Below are positions 35,480-45,958 of a stretch of DNA of 64,000 bases, one piece after another. This stretch comes from Candidatus Heimdallarchaeota archaeon (GTDB lineage: Archaea > Asgardarchaeota > Heimdallarchaeia > Heimdallarchaeales > Heimdallarchaeaceae): the NCBI GenBank assembly GCA_016839945.1, contig JAEOTE010000007.1, positions 115,799 through 179,798 on the forward strand. The letters are read 5' to 3'. The notes under the pieces are model-generated. The model did no database searches and was not told the origin of the DNA. It was given only the letters and a program-made list of their open reading frames with translations. Position numbers and translations under genes: made by a program. How positions within the stretch are numbered: the stretch's first letter is position 1; each line of letters begins with the position of its first letter.

Positions 35480-36676
35480 ATGACTTTTACTCTATTCTGC
35501 AAGCGAGATGTAAAGATGAGTGGATTAAAGTCTTATATCATGAAAAACAAACAAATGTTTACTTTTCTTGTAGCTGTTCTACTTTGTGCAGCAATTCTCA
35601 TACCAATTATAGTCAAACAGACCTCAAAAGACAAGACAATTATTATAAGATCTAATAGAGATTTTAGGAAGTATAATTTACCAGGTTCTGGTACATCAAT
35701 TGATCCATATATCATTGAAAATAACACAATTAAGACCTCAAATGATTATGCCATTCTTATTGCAGATGTAACAGAATACTTCATTGTAAGAAACAATAAT
35801 CTACAAGCAGCAACCGCAAGTATTTCCATTTCTTTGGTTGCATCTAATAGAACTCAACTTATTAATAACACTTGTACAAATAGCAACATAGGGATTTATA
35901 TCTCAAATTCTCCTGGATGCTACATTTTTGGAAATAATTGTAGTAACAATTTTATTGATGGAATTCAAGTAGAGTCTTCTGGATATGAAGATACCTCAAG
36001 TTACTGTACTATAGCAAACAATACTTGTATAAATAATGTTGAAAATTCCATTGTTATTTGGGAAACACCATATACTTTACTAGAGAACAATACATGTATA
36101 ATGCCAAATAAAAATGTGATACAAATATATCACAAATGTGGAATAGTTCTTTTTAAATCAGGTAATGCTATTGTTCGCAATAATGTAATTATAAACACCG
36201 GAATTCAATTCGGTAATCATCCTGTTTATCTGATAACTTCTATAATTGAAGATAACTTAATTAATGGAAAGGAATTTGGTCTTTTTTATAATACAAAGAA
36301 TTTAACTATAGATTCATCTAATTATGGACAACTGTACTTCTTTAATTGTTCAGACATTGAAATCAGAGATCAGAATATTATAGACAACTATACTCCTCTA
36401 GAATTAGAAAATTGTACAAACATACAAATAGTAAATAGCTCTTTCAATTATAATTACAAGTATGGTATTGTTCTTAGAGGATGTCACGATATTCTGATTG
36501 AAAATACAGAGAGCAGCTATAATTACATGGGTGCATATGTATGGTATTCTACAAATGTTACAATTGATTCCTGTATCTTTACTAATAATTATCTAGGGTG
36601 CTTTGTCGATCAATCTACCTATACATTGACAGATAACATCTTTAGTGACAACGAAGAAGATTTTATAGAAGTTTAA
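35480..36676 (+). CDS. Membrane-anchored right-handed beta-helix (NosD-like) protein
   Basis: N-terminal TM; PGSGTSIDPYIIEN; repeated I.NNTC.N...GI units. Confidence 0.88.
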   Translation: MTFTLFCKRDVKMSGLKSYIMKNKQMFTFLVAVLLCAAILIPIIVKQTSKDKTIIIRSNRDFRKYNLPGSGTSIDPYIIENNTIKTSNDYAILIADVTEYFIVRNNNLQAATASISISLVASNRTQLINNTCTNSNIGIYISNSPGCYIFGNNCSNNFIDGIQVESSGYEDTSSYCTIANNTCINNVENSIVIWETPYTLLENNTCIMPNKNVIQIYHKCGIVLFKSGNAIVRNNVIINTGIQFGNHPVYLITSIIEDNLINGKEFGLFYNTKNLTIDSSNYGQLYFFNCSDIEIRDQNIIDNYTPLELENCTNIQIVNSSFNYNYKYGIVLRGCHDILIENTESSYNYMGAYVWYSTNVTIDSCIFTNNYLGCFVDQSTYTLTDNIFSDNEEDFIEV

Positions 36677-36705
36677 TAACTAAATTTCTCTCTTAAAACT
36701 AGAAA

Positions 36706-37245
36706 CTATTTATTCATTCTTTCATAGAATTTTTGTATCATTTTAGCGGTTTTGTGTGGGGACTTAACATCTTCTGTGGTTTCATTAAAGCAGTAGAGTT
36801 TAATGATTATTCTATCACCGTATGAAGTAGTTATTTCACATCTAATTGAACCTAATTCTTTAGCATAAAGTCCTTTAATTTTAAACTTAGAGATCTGTTC
36901 CCATGCAATACTTTTTTCTGTATTATCTTTAGCTACAATTTTCAAACCTTTATTAGTAAATATGTATGTATTTTTATCTCTTGAAATTCTTTTACGATCA
37001 TAACCAAAGATAGTAAGACCTACTAAGAGAAAGAAACCTTCTACCATCATTAAAATAATGGAGCCTATACCAAAATAGAATACAATAGTAAGAATAATAG
37101 TTGTTGTGGAAGGAAAACAAAGAATTATTGGCCATTTTGTTACTTTGCCTAATGTTTGTGGTTCTAATTTGATAACATCCAGTTTATCTTCTGTAACTTT
37201 AGAGAATGTTGAAAAATTATCATTAGTAGCTTCGTTACCAGTCAT
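36706..37245 (-). CDS. 2-TM protein with probable bacterial PH-like C-terminal domain
   Basis: Two TMs then YIFTNKGL...SIAWEQISKF. Confidence 0.65.
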   Translation of the reverse strand: MTGNEATNDNFSTFSKVTEDKLDVIKLEPQTLGKVTKWPIILCFPSTTTIILTIVFYFGIGSIILMMVEGFFLLVGLTIFGYDRKRISRDKNTYIFTNKGLKIVAKDNTEKSIAWEQISKFKIKGLYAKELGSIRCEITTSYGDRIIIKLYCFNETTEDVKSPHKTAKMIQKFYERMNK

Positions 37246-37314
37246 TATTTATTGCAGATATTATTCAACATTTAAATCTAATGCAAAAGATGAGAGTTGG
37301 AAATTAAGAATTAT

Positions 37315-37758
37315 CTAAGAACATTCTGGTTGAAATTTTTTATTAATAACATCATACAATGCAGGGACAATTTTAACAAGCATATCCTTAGTTAAATTAC
37401 CTTTGGATTCGAATTTTTTCAATATTTTTTGTATCATCTTATAGTAGGGAATAGGGTTTGTATCTTTTGGAATCAATAATCCCAGAGATGCATAGGTTTT
37501 ATCTCTGAAAGTATTTTTTTCAAAATTGGGAATTAAACGTGTTACACAAACTGCCTGGAGATTGCCAATATGAGTGACTAACATATCTCCATCTTCACAA
37601 GCCATAGGCATGCTCTTTAAACAGATATCTCGATTGACTGTTTCACCTATTTTTACTTCAGGGTAAAAGTGCAATAGTTCGTTACCTATGTCTGTCATTC
37701 CAGTTAGAAAAACAGCTCTAGTCTGAAAATCCTTTGAATCGCTTGACTTTGGCTTCAA
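37315..37758 (-). CDS. Stand-alone uDENN/longin-like protein
   Basis: VFLTGMTDIGNELLHFYP...ICLKSMP...R..YASLGLLI followed by helices; TTG start with GGGGG SD. Confidence 0.55.
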   Translation of the reverse strand: MKPKSSDSKDFQTRAVFLTGMTDIGNELLHFYPEVKIGETVNRDICLKSMPMACEDGDMLVTHIGNLQAVCVTRLIPNFEKNTFRDKTYASLGLLIPKDTNPIPYYKMIQKILKKFESKGNLTKDMLVKIVPALYDVINKKFQPECS

Positions 37759-37894
37759 TTTCGAACCCCCAAGTTCTATAACATTTTTGTTGATGAGCTT
37801 TAATAAAGGTTACTCACATAGCTTTTCTAAAAAAACTGAATTACTATTATAAAAAATGATGAGATAAAGAAAAAAAAGAGTTCAGGAATTACTC

Positions 37895-38467
37895 TTATTC
37901 TTCACTAATTTCTCTCCTGTCTGCTTCTTTTTTAATAACGATAACTTCTGCTAGAAAAGCTAAGAAAAAGATTAACGTAACAATAGCTGGAACAAAACAA
38001 AGCAAACCTATATAGAACAGATTTAAAACAAGCCAGAGCCAAAAACCTCCAAACATCAAACTTACTGTTACAACAAAAAGGAGAGCTGTTAAGATAATTA
38101 TTCTTCTATTGGATACATCAATTTGTGTATCAGTAAGACCTTTAATCTGTTCTTCAATTTTCCTTTCACCTGTTTTTTCCCTAATTAAAAGTACTACTTT
38201 TCTGAAATAAGGAACTATGAAATAAAGTAACACAAACAGTGCAGAAAGTGTTAGTATTGTAAAAGGAATACCTAATGCTAGAAAGACGCTATCACTGTTC
38301 TTCACAGTGTAATAATAACCCATGATTGAAGTAATAACAAAAATCAGAAAATGAATTATCCATACAAATACAAGGAGTGTAAGTCGATTTCTTCTTTCAA
38401 TTAGAATGAATGGAGAATAATCTTCCAACCACCAGAATCTCTTTGTCATTTTTGAAATATTAATCAC
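37895..38467 (-). CDS. 4-TM membrane protein with internal duplication
   Basis: Two helix-plus-TM-hairpin units; PYFR motif; paralogous to the neighbour. Confidence 0.7.
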   Translation of the reverse strand: MINISKMTKRFWWLEDYSPFILIERRNRLTLLVFVWIIHFLIFVITSIMGYYYTVKNSDSVFLALGIPFTILTLSALFVLLYFIVPYFRKVVLLIREKTGERKIEEQIKGLTDTQIDVSNRRIIILTALLFVVTVSLMFGGFWLWLVLNLFYIGLLCFVPAIVTLIFFLAFLAEVIVIKKEADRREISEE

Positions 38468-38544
38468 CTTTTCCTAAACATAACCTTATCGTTTTTTAAC
38501 ATTTATATTTTTTGGGGAGAGGATTTACGTATTGTTTTGTTTGT

Positions 38545-39123
38545 TTAATTTGGAGATTTCCTCTTCTTACTTTCTCTTTGTGCTGCAAGAAAATATGGAA
38601 GACCATAATATCCGATAACGAAAGGTAAGAAGGAACTTAGAGCAGAACTAATTACTGCAATATTTAATGACAGAACACTCATAGTGATAGTATTGTTCCA
38701 CCAAGCCCATATTGCTGCAGCCAATAATAAATCGTAGAAGATACTCGCTAATAGCAGTAGTAGTCTGCTTCTTTTTAGTTCGGACAATAGAAGATCATCA
38801 GTGAACTCTTTTAATCTATCATATCTAGTAAATATCGTGTCTGAATCTGTTCTTCTTCTATATCTTTCCTTAGAAAGAAGTCTAAAGTAAGGTAAAAAGA
38901 GAAACATAAAGAGAAATGAAAAAATTTCGAAGGCTAGAGCACAAACTCCTGGGAGAATAATATAGCCATCACCTACAAAATAGGCCATAAAAGCGAAGAT
39001 AGTGACAAAGAATAAAGCTATAAGACCTATACCTATCATAGAATAGGAAACACTAAGGACAGAGAATCGAGTTTTTAACTCTTCATCAGTTAAATTTCTT
39101 ATCTTTTCATATCTAACTGCCAT
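38545..39123 (-). CDS. 4-TM membrane protein with internal duplication
   Basis: LTDEEL-TM-TM-LPYF..KE..RR and FTDDLL-TM-TM-LPYF..RE.KKR. Confidence 0.75.
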   Translation of the reverse strand: MAVRYEKIRNLTDEELKTRFSVLSVSYSMIGIGLIALFFVTIFAFMAYFVGDGYIILPGVCALAFEIFSFLFMFLFLPYFRLLSKERYRRRTDSDTIFTRYDRLKEFTDDLLLSELKRSRLLLLLASIFYDLLLAAAIWAWWNNTITMSVLSLNIAVISSALSSFLPFVIGYYGLPYFLAAQRESKKRKSPN

Positions 39124-39254
39124 TAAAGTACACCTTGCACTTAAATAAATATTAGAGTGTTCAGATATTTATTATTTCTGTATTATTTCGCAATAAAATA
39201 TGAACCCTTTTAGAAATGAATTCTTGGAAAATTATAATAAAAAAAATTAATCAT

Positions 39255-42200
39255 TCATTTTGCTTCTTCGATTGCAGCTAGAATGATTTGAGCTGTTCTT
39301 TGACGGATAGCATATATTTGTTCCTTAATTTCAGCCAAAGATTTTTGTGATTTTAGTTTAGAAATAAGCTCATCAATTTCATTATAAATAAACTCGCTGT
39401 AACTTAAAAGATAATTACCAAAATCAGCTTGAGTAAGCATAATAATTGATAAATTTTCATACCCTCCTCTTGCAGTTTCTTTCTCAATTTGAATAGCATG
39501 AACAAAACCAATAAGGCCTTCATTAGGAAGATTCATAGCACTAATTTTCCTTCCTTGATGAACATCCTCAAAACCTAAGGCAGAATAAGATTGATCACAT
39601 ATTTTAAGTAAGAAATTCTCTGTTCCTACATTGAACATCCCTCCATAATCGTACTCAAAAGAATGATCACTAATCAAAGGAATTGGACCTTTTTTCTGTT
39701 CAAAGATACTTAAAACTACTCCAGGACAAATTTCATTTAATCTCCTTATAAGGTCCTGTGATTCCACTTTTTCAAGATATTTTTCAAATGGTTTTCTCTT
39801 TGTAGCTTTATAGACTATAAACGATACTAAAGCAAGAAGAAGAATACTTGCACCAATCATAGAATAGAGTAAAACAGGGGATAATCCAGCTTTTATTGTT
39901 TTAACAATTTCTTCATATTCAAAATGTACATCCCCCAATATTTCTGAACCTTCGAAAGTTGCAGAAATTGCTATCTGTTCGATTTCTTCAGATAAAAGAA
40001 AGTCAACTGATGCTATTCCATCTGAACTTGTTATATCAGATTTAGTAACAAATTCATCGTATCCTTCTATAAGTGCATTCACAGTTCCTCTATCAGATTT
40101 ATAGAAGATAAAAATGATAAAGGAAACTTCAAAACCAGCAACAGGGGTACCATTGAGAAATGTTAGATTTCCAGTAATAACAACTGAGCTACCAACAACT
40201 ATTTCTAAATTGGAAACAGAGATAGATAATTCTAAAGGAATTGGATTAATAGTTATTTCATAGCTTTGACTCTTATTTGTACGACCAAAATAGAAGGCAG
40301 ATTCAGCTTCAATAAGTAGAGTGAAATTCCCTTTGTAATCAACAAGAGTTGAAGGAAAACAAAACTGATAAATGAAATCACTTAGCTTTTGGAAATACAT
40401 CAATGTTCCATTTGCGATTATTTTTGTTACTTCAAGTTCATTCATTAATTCATCTAACAAATTTATAGTAATAGTGATATTTTCTCCATAAATACATGAA
40501 TTTTCACTAGCTTCTAGTACAGTTAGACTTCCTTCTTTCTTAATTGTAAATGAAAGAACAAGCTCAATCTCATTTGGTGAAGTTCCTTCGCCTGTATTGT
40601 CTCTTAGAATGATTGTTAGATTGTATAATCCAACTAAAGCTGGAACTTGAATTAGCCAAGGATCGTTCAAAATCTGTCCTGTATCATTATTCCAATAATA
40701 AATAAATAATGATAAATCAAGGGTAGTTGTATTATCATACCAGAGTTCTGATCCAGCTTCAAGATAGTTAAAAGTTGAAGCATCAACATATTCTCCTAAA
40801 TCATCATCGAAAACGTAAAGAGTTGATTCAGGAGGAGTAAAATCAACCTCAAAATTAAAGAGATAGGTATTATTGTTTCCAACTACATCTTCAGCAAAGA
40901 TTGCTAAGATTGCAATCTCACCTGTTGAATAAAGTGGCATAAGGTTTACTTCAAAATCACCACTACTATCAATAATAACCTCAAGTGGGAATCCAGGGAG
41001 AGCATCCCAATAAAATTGAATAAATTCTATAGTTTGTTTTGAAACATCAGCAGCATTGAAAAGAAGGCTTGTATCATCGTTAATTGAAGAGTATTCAAAT
41101 GGGAAGGTGAGTGTGATTTCTGGTGCTTGGCTATCGATTGTTAGCTCATAAATTATAATTTCTTCATTACCTAATGAATCACTTGCGTTTATGATAAGTA
41201 CACCATACCCATCACTATAATCTAAAATTATTGTATCAGTAAATATCAAATACCCAGATCCAGCCCAAGAGTATGTTGACATAACACTAGAATCATCATC
41301 TGTTATAGAAAATTGAATAGTAGAATTGTACGAAACAAATATAGAACCACTAGGTAGAGTTACTAATCCTTCGAAGCTGATAATTGTTATAACTGGAGCA
41401 TTTGAATCAACTAAGAAATAGATAAACTGGATTGCACTATTTCCTGCTATATCAAATACATAAAGTGTGAAATTGTGATATCCATCTAACAAAGAAGATA
41501 GAACAATTTCAAATGGGGAAACAAGAGTAATATTATCCTGTCCATCAATAGAAACTAAAACATATAAGTTCTCAACTAAAGTAGCATTATCAGAGAGAAT
41601 AAGATTAAGCACATCTGAATTCTTAAAACGCCCACCATCATAATCCAGAATTGAAGAGTCTATTACAGGATTTTCTTGATCTATTCTAAACTCAAAGACA
41701 AAAATATATTCTTGATGATCTATAGAACCAACAATAATAGTAAGGTAGTGAATTCTGCTAGAATCAGTTGGAAGAGCATTTATACCATCCAATGTAAGAA
41801 TTTGTCCTCCAACAAGATATGGATTGCCATTTTGAAAAGAGTCTTCATTCCATTTGAAAAGTAGAGTACCATTTGTGCCACTTATTGTCACTTCAACTTC
41901 ATTCCCCCCTTGATACCATGATTCATTCAGCATATCTCTCAACTCTACAAGAAGAGTACCGCTACTAACATTGAATCTATAAAATTGGGAAGAGAAGTTA
42001 TTAAACACATCTTCAGCTGTAACTGTAAGATTATGATATCCTTCAGTTTCAGGTAAGTATGTTCGGTAGATGGTTTCTTCGCTAGGAGACCAAGGTAAGA
42101 AGATATTATCATCCCATTTATAATAAACATCTAAACTTTGAGAAAAATCTGTGATATTTACTTCTATCAGCTTTCCAGCTGCTTGAACAGTATCATTTAG

Positions 42201-43676
42201 AACATTATCAAGAGAGATAATTGGAGAATTAGAATCAATACCAAAATAATAGAAATAATATTCTGTAATAAAGGTGTCATTCATGCAAATAGAGAGCTCA
42301 TGATAACCTTCATCAAAGGGAACAGACAAATTATTACCAGGTAGTGCAAGTAAGTCAATTATTGTTCCATTGTTATCCCATTCTGCCGTAAGATTATTTG
42401 CTCCAAATACTGTGAAATCAAGAAATGAGGTTGATTCTATAATTGTATCATTAGAAGGATTATTTAGTATAAGATAGCTTTCTGTTGGATCATAACCTAT
42501 GTCATATACTTCAATTGCAGTATTATTATAATCATCATTCGCTCTTACTTCGAGATAATGCCAACCTTCTGTTGTAGGTAAGGTTGTATTACATGTATCA
42601 GTAAATGGTGTGTAACTATCTAAATCCCATCTATAAGAGCTACTTGTTGCTCCAGAGACAGTTATTTGGATATCTCTTTCTTCATAATAATAAGAGGAAT
42701 TTGTTATGCCTATAACTTCAATCTCAGGGTAAGTAGCACTCTTATGATAAATCTGCATTCCTAAAATTCTATCATATGCGCTAAAACTATAACTATTAGA
42801 ATACACACCATCGATAATATCCCAAGAATATTGTCCGCCTGATTTGTGGCTAGAAGTTAATCCTACTTCTGCCCAAGCACTTAAATCTGAAACTTTCCCT
42901 TCAAACGTAAGTTTTAATCTATTTCCAGAAGGTATTATGTATGTATCATTGAGTGTTAGTTCAAAGACTTTCTTATTTGCCATTGACATCCCATGAGGAA
43001 GAATTTCTTCATGCGATGCGATTTCTGTAATATTACCAATAGTTGGGTTGAATATAGATACCCTCACTCTAATAGTAAAATCAACAGTATCATAATAATA
43101 AGTAGATATATGAGAAAGGACATGTATCTTTCCTTTTATATTTGTAGATTCAGAGAAAACAGGTGAAAACATACTAGAGTTAATGTAAGGGGAAGTTTCT
43201 TCAGTAAGAGGATAATAGGTGTCAACTTGATCTGGCCAAGTTTGAGGTTCTGTTTCATCCATAAGGAAAGTAGTAGTGAGTGTTGAAGGAGCATTATTTC
43301 TCATAGTTTCATATTTTTCGAGAACATAGACAGATCCATCGTTGTCTAAATCCACAAATTCGTTATGAGTAAAAAAACCATTGAGAATATAATCTCCTTC
43401 AATAAATGTACTTGATAGTACACCTGGAGGTTTACCTTTATATCCAGTTTTAATTGAATCCACATTACTGATAGGATTTGATGATACAATCTGGTCATCT
43501 TGAACTATTGATATTTCATCTAGTTCAGGAAAAGATAGTTCATAGTAAACTAATGAGTTAAAAAAAGAAAAAATGATAATAAAAGCAATAATTGTGTTTA
43601 AATTCCTCTGCATTCTTGAACGCCTAAATTGTGGCTTTATCCCCAGTTCCTTTGTCATAAAGAAAAGGTAATACAA
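39255..43676 (-). CDS. Single-pass surface receptor: Ig-like repeat ectodomain plus cytoplasmic folliculin/SMCR8-like uDENN domain
   Basis: N-terminal signal/TM; ~90-aa repeats (Y.WD...EG.H.L.V.A.D...N...D...P.I); TM near 39800-39870; tail IFEQKKGPIPL...EGLIGFVHAIQIEKETARGGYENLSIIML. Confidence 0.8.
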   Translation of the reverse strand: MYYLFFMTKELGIKPQFRRSRMQRNLNTIIAFIIIFSFFNSLVYYELSFPELDEISIVQDDQIVSSNPISNVDSIKTGYKGKPPGVLSSTFIEGDYILNGFFTHNEFVDLDNDGSVYVLEKYETMRNNAPSTLTTTFLMDETEPQTWPDQVDTYYPLTEETSPYINSSMFSPVFSESTNIKGKIHVLSHISTYYYDTVDFTIRVRVSIFNPTIGNITEIASHEEILPHGMSMANKKVFELTLNDTYIIPSGNRLKLTFEGKVSDLSAWAEVGLTSSHKSGGQYSWDIIDGVYSNSYSFSAYDRILGMQIYHKSATYPEIEVIGITNSSYYYEERDIQITVSGATSSSYRWDLDSYTPFTDTCNTTLPTTEGWHYLEVRANDDYNNTAIEVYDIGYDPTESYLILNNPSNDTIIESTSFLDFTVFGANNLTAEWDNNGTIIDLLALPGNNLSVPFDEGYHELSICMNDTFITEYYFYYFGIDSNSPIISLDNVLNDTVQAAGKLIEVNITDFSQSLDVYYKWDDNIFLPWSPSEETIYRTYLPETEGYHNLTVTAEDVFNNFSSQFYRFNVSSGTLLVELRDMLNESWYQGGNEVEVTISGTNGTLLFKWNEDSFQNGNPYLVGGQILTLDGINALPTDSSRIHYLTIIVGSIDHQEYIFVFEFRIDQENPVIDSSILDYDGGRFKNSDVLNLILSDNATLVENLYVLVSIDGQDNITLVSPFEIVLSSLLDGYHNFTLYVFDIAGNSAIQFIYFLVDSNAPVITIISFEGLVTLPSGSIFVSYNSTIQFSITDDDSSVMSTYSWAGSGYLIFTDTIILDYSDGYGVLIINASDSLGNEEIIIYELTIDSQAPEITLTFPFEYSSINDDTSLLFNAADVSKQTIEFIQFYWDALPGFPLEVIIDSSGDFEVNLMPLYSTGEIAILAIFAEDVVGNNNTYLFNFEVDFTPPESTLYVFDDDLGEYVDASTFNYLEAGSELWYDNTTTLDLSLFIYYWNNDTGQILNDPWLIQVPALVGLYNLTIILRDNTGEGTSPNEIELVLSFTIKKEGSLTVLEASENSCIYGENITITINLLDELMNELEVTKIIANGTLMYFQKLSDFIYQFCFPSTLVDYKGNFTLLIEAESAFYFGRTNKSQSYEITINPIPLELSISVSNLEIVVGSSVVITGNLTFLNGTPVAGFEVSFIIFIFYKSDRGTVNALIEGYDEFVTKSDITSSDGIASVDFLLSEEIEQIAISATFEGSEILGDVHFEYEEIVKTIKAGLSPVLLYSMIGASILLLALVSFIVYKATKRKPFEKYLEKVESQDLIRRLNEICPGVVLSIFEQKKGPIPLISDHSFEYDYGGMFNVGTENFLLKICDQSYSALGFEDVHQGRKISAMNLPNEGLIGFVHAIQIEKETARGGYENLSIIMLTQADFGNYLLSYSEFIYNEIDELISKLKSQKSLAEIKEQIYAIRQRTAQIILAAIEEAK

Positions 43677-43748
43677 TTTTAACTATAGACTCATAGATAA
43701 TTTAAGTAATATTATAATTGCAACTAGAAAAATAGAATACAATAAATA

Positions 43749-45800
43749 TCAAACTAGCTTTCTTCGATATGAACGAGACCATTGTTGTTTAAATTTCTCA
43801 ACATCATCTACACTTACAAAAAGATCATAACTTATGAGAAAATCCTTATCATTACTCTCAAGTTTTGCTTTAGTTAGAGCTCGAGCCTTTGAATTCTCTT
43901 TAATAACTTGCATATCTTTTTTAGATTTTAATTCTGCTTTTGCTGGATTTTTATTTGATACCATAAATACAGAATCTTCATTGAAAACAACTTCTACACC
44001 ATCTTCAGGTATTCCCCCCACTTCTCCTTTACTGAATTCGAGTGTTGTTAAGTCTTCTAATTGATTATAAATTAAGCGTGATTTAGTAGGCTTTGGTTTA
44101 CTTGTATATCTGTCCATCGGCATTTCTATATCACCAAAGATAGGTGCAGCTTTAGGGTCACTTTCTGGTACAACGGGCAATATCAAACATGATTCGTGTT
44201 CTTCTCCCCACCATATCGTGTTTTCAGCAGGAGAAGGTGAAGGCCATATGTTAGGAAAATCAGAACCAGCAAAAACTAACTTCAAACAATGTCCTGGTTT
44301 AAATATCCATGAAGTAGTGTCAAGCTCAATATCTAACTTTACTTGTTTTCCAGGAGTTAGAGGTTTGGGTTCTGTATGTGATTCACGATGAGTAACATTA
44401 AGTACACCCCAAGTAATCAAATCTGAAGAACCATCAGGAGCAAGGTCGAATAATTTCGTAACTATATTTACGACTGGTGCTGTAGCACTGAAAGTTAATC
44501 GTACTTGAGGTCTCCCCATAATTTCTATCCTCTCTGTTAAAGGATCTGTAATGTAAGCTAGAGATTTAGTATCGTCAAAATCACGAGCATAATCACCACC
44601 AAAAGCGATAGTTTTATTCCAACTAGGATACCCCATTCCTACCGATGCAAAATAGGTATAATTATCACAACCACTTCCCTCAAACTCTTTCTTCAATGTT
44701 TTTTTAGAACATAAGTAGAAGTTTTCCTTGCGAGAATCTTTTATAGGCCATGTAGGAATATTTCTCCAATAACCAGAAGAAATTTGAGGAATTGATTCTC
44801 GACCACTTGTTTCCCTCATATATGCTATGAAATTTGGTTCTTCTAAGATCCCTGTATCTATTCTTTTTAACCAATGATCAAACCAACGTACTGCTTGTGG
44901 CATGAAATTTATTGCTGGACCAGGATAACCCCAATCTGGAAATACATGTCCCCAAGGACCCATAAGTAATTTCTTGGGGGCCTTTAAATTTTCGAACATC
45001 CTAATAGCACAGTTACGATACATATCTAACCAAGCTCCAATGATGAAAACAGGACATTCTATCAAATCATAATTTGGACGTAGAGAAGCTGGTCTCCAAT
45101 AAGGTTCATCATGTTGGTATTCTAACCAATTTAACTGATAGGGAGAATTACCTGCAAGATGTTCATCCCAGATTTTCTCAAAACTCTCACCAATATATTC
45201 AGGAGGAGGTAGAGCATTCATAGAAACCATCATAGTTGCCCATCCTGCTAAATCATCAATCGCACTTAAAGCTCCCCCAACATAATGTACATCATCTGTG
45301 TAACGATCATCAGTTCCATAGAGTGGTATAATTGTTTTCAGATGAGGTGGACGGTGCATTGCTACTTGAGTAGCAGTGAAAGCTGCGTAAGAAGTACCCA
45401 TCATCCCTACGTTTCCATTACACCAAGGTTGAGCTGATACCCATTCAACAGCATCATAACCATCTTCTTGTTCCTGCAAAGGATATTCATCAGTTACTGT
45501 ACCTTCTGAACCATCAGTTCCACGAACACCAAGATGTATGAAGACATAACCATGTCTAGCAAGATAATGAAAAAAGTTACCTCGCCAGATTGTACGGAAA
45601 TCAGAAGAACGATAGGGATCATAGTTGATAACAGCAGGAAAAGGACCTTCTCCCTCTGGATACCAAGCTTTAGCAAATAGACGAATTCCATCTCGCATTG
45701 GAATTTGCCAATTCTTCACCTTAAGATCATAAATTGGTTTAGAATGAGGTTTAGGTAAATGATTCATCCATGAATTGGGATTGTCTTTCATTTTAATCAA
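43749..45800 (-). CDS. CocE/NonD (peptidase S15) family hydrolase
   Basis: IPMRDGIRL, RGTDGSEG, QPWCNGNVGMMGTSY, GPWGH, WFDHWLK, PepX_C-like domain. Confidence 0.95.
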   Translation of the reverse strand: MIKMKDNPNSWMNHLPKPHSKPIYDLKVKNWQIPMRDGIRLFAKAWYPEGEGPFPAVINYDPYRSSDFRTIWRGNFFHYLARHGYVFIHLGVRGTDGSEGTVTDEYPLQEQEDGYDAVEWVSAQPWCNGNVGMMGTSYAAFTATQVAMHRPPHLKTIIPLYGTDDRYTDDVHYVGGALSAIDDLAGWATMMVSMNALPPPEYIGESFEKIWDEHLAGNSPYQLNWLEYQHDEPYWRPASLRPNYDLIECPVFIIGAWLDMYRNCAIRMFENLKAPKKLLMGPWGHVFPDWGYPGPAINFMPQAVRWFDHWLKRIDTGILEEPNFIAYMRETSGRESIPQISSGYWRNIPTWPIKDSRKENFYLCSKKTLKKEFEGSGCDNYTYFASVGMGYPSWNKTIAFGGDYARDFDDTKSLAYITDPLTERIEIMGRPQVRLTFSATAPVVNIVTKLFDLAPDGSSDLITWGVLNVTHRESHTEPKPLTPGKQVKLDIELDTTSWIFKPGHCLKLVFAGSDFPNIWPSPSPAENTIWWGEEHESCLILPVVPESDPKAAPIFGDIEMPMDRYTSKPKPTKSRLIYNQLEDLTTLEFSKGEVGGIPEDGVEVVFNEDSVFMVSNKNPAKAELKSKKDMQVIKENSKARALTKAKLESNDKDFLISYDLFVSVDDVEKFKQQWSRSYRRKLV

Positions 45801-45958
45801 TCATTTTGAATAACCATCGAAATAATTTAAAGATTTACTCTAATATCGTTGAACTAAATCCGTAAAATGTATATAAGTGAGACTTGAGATTTAGTAGATT
45901 AATTTTTTAATTTCGATATATCACAATTTTTATATATAACAATAATTTCATATTCGTC

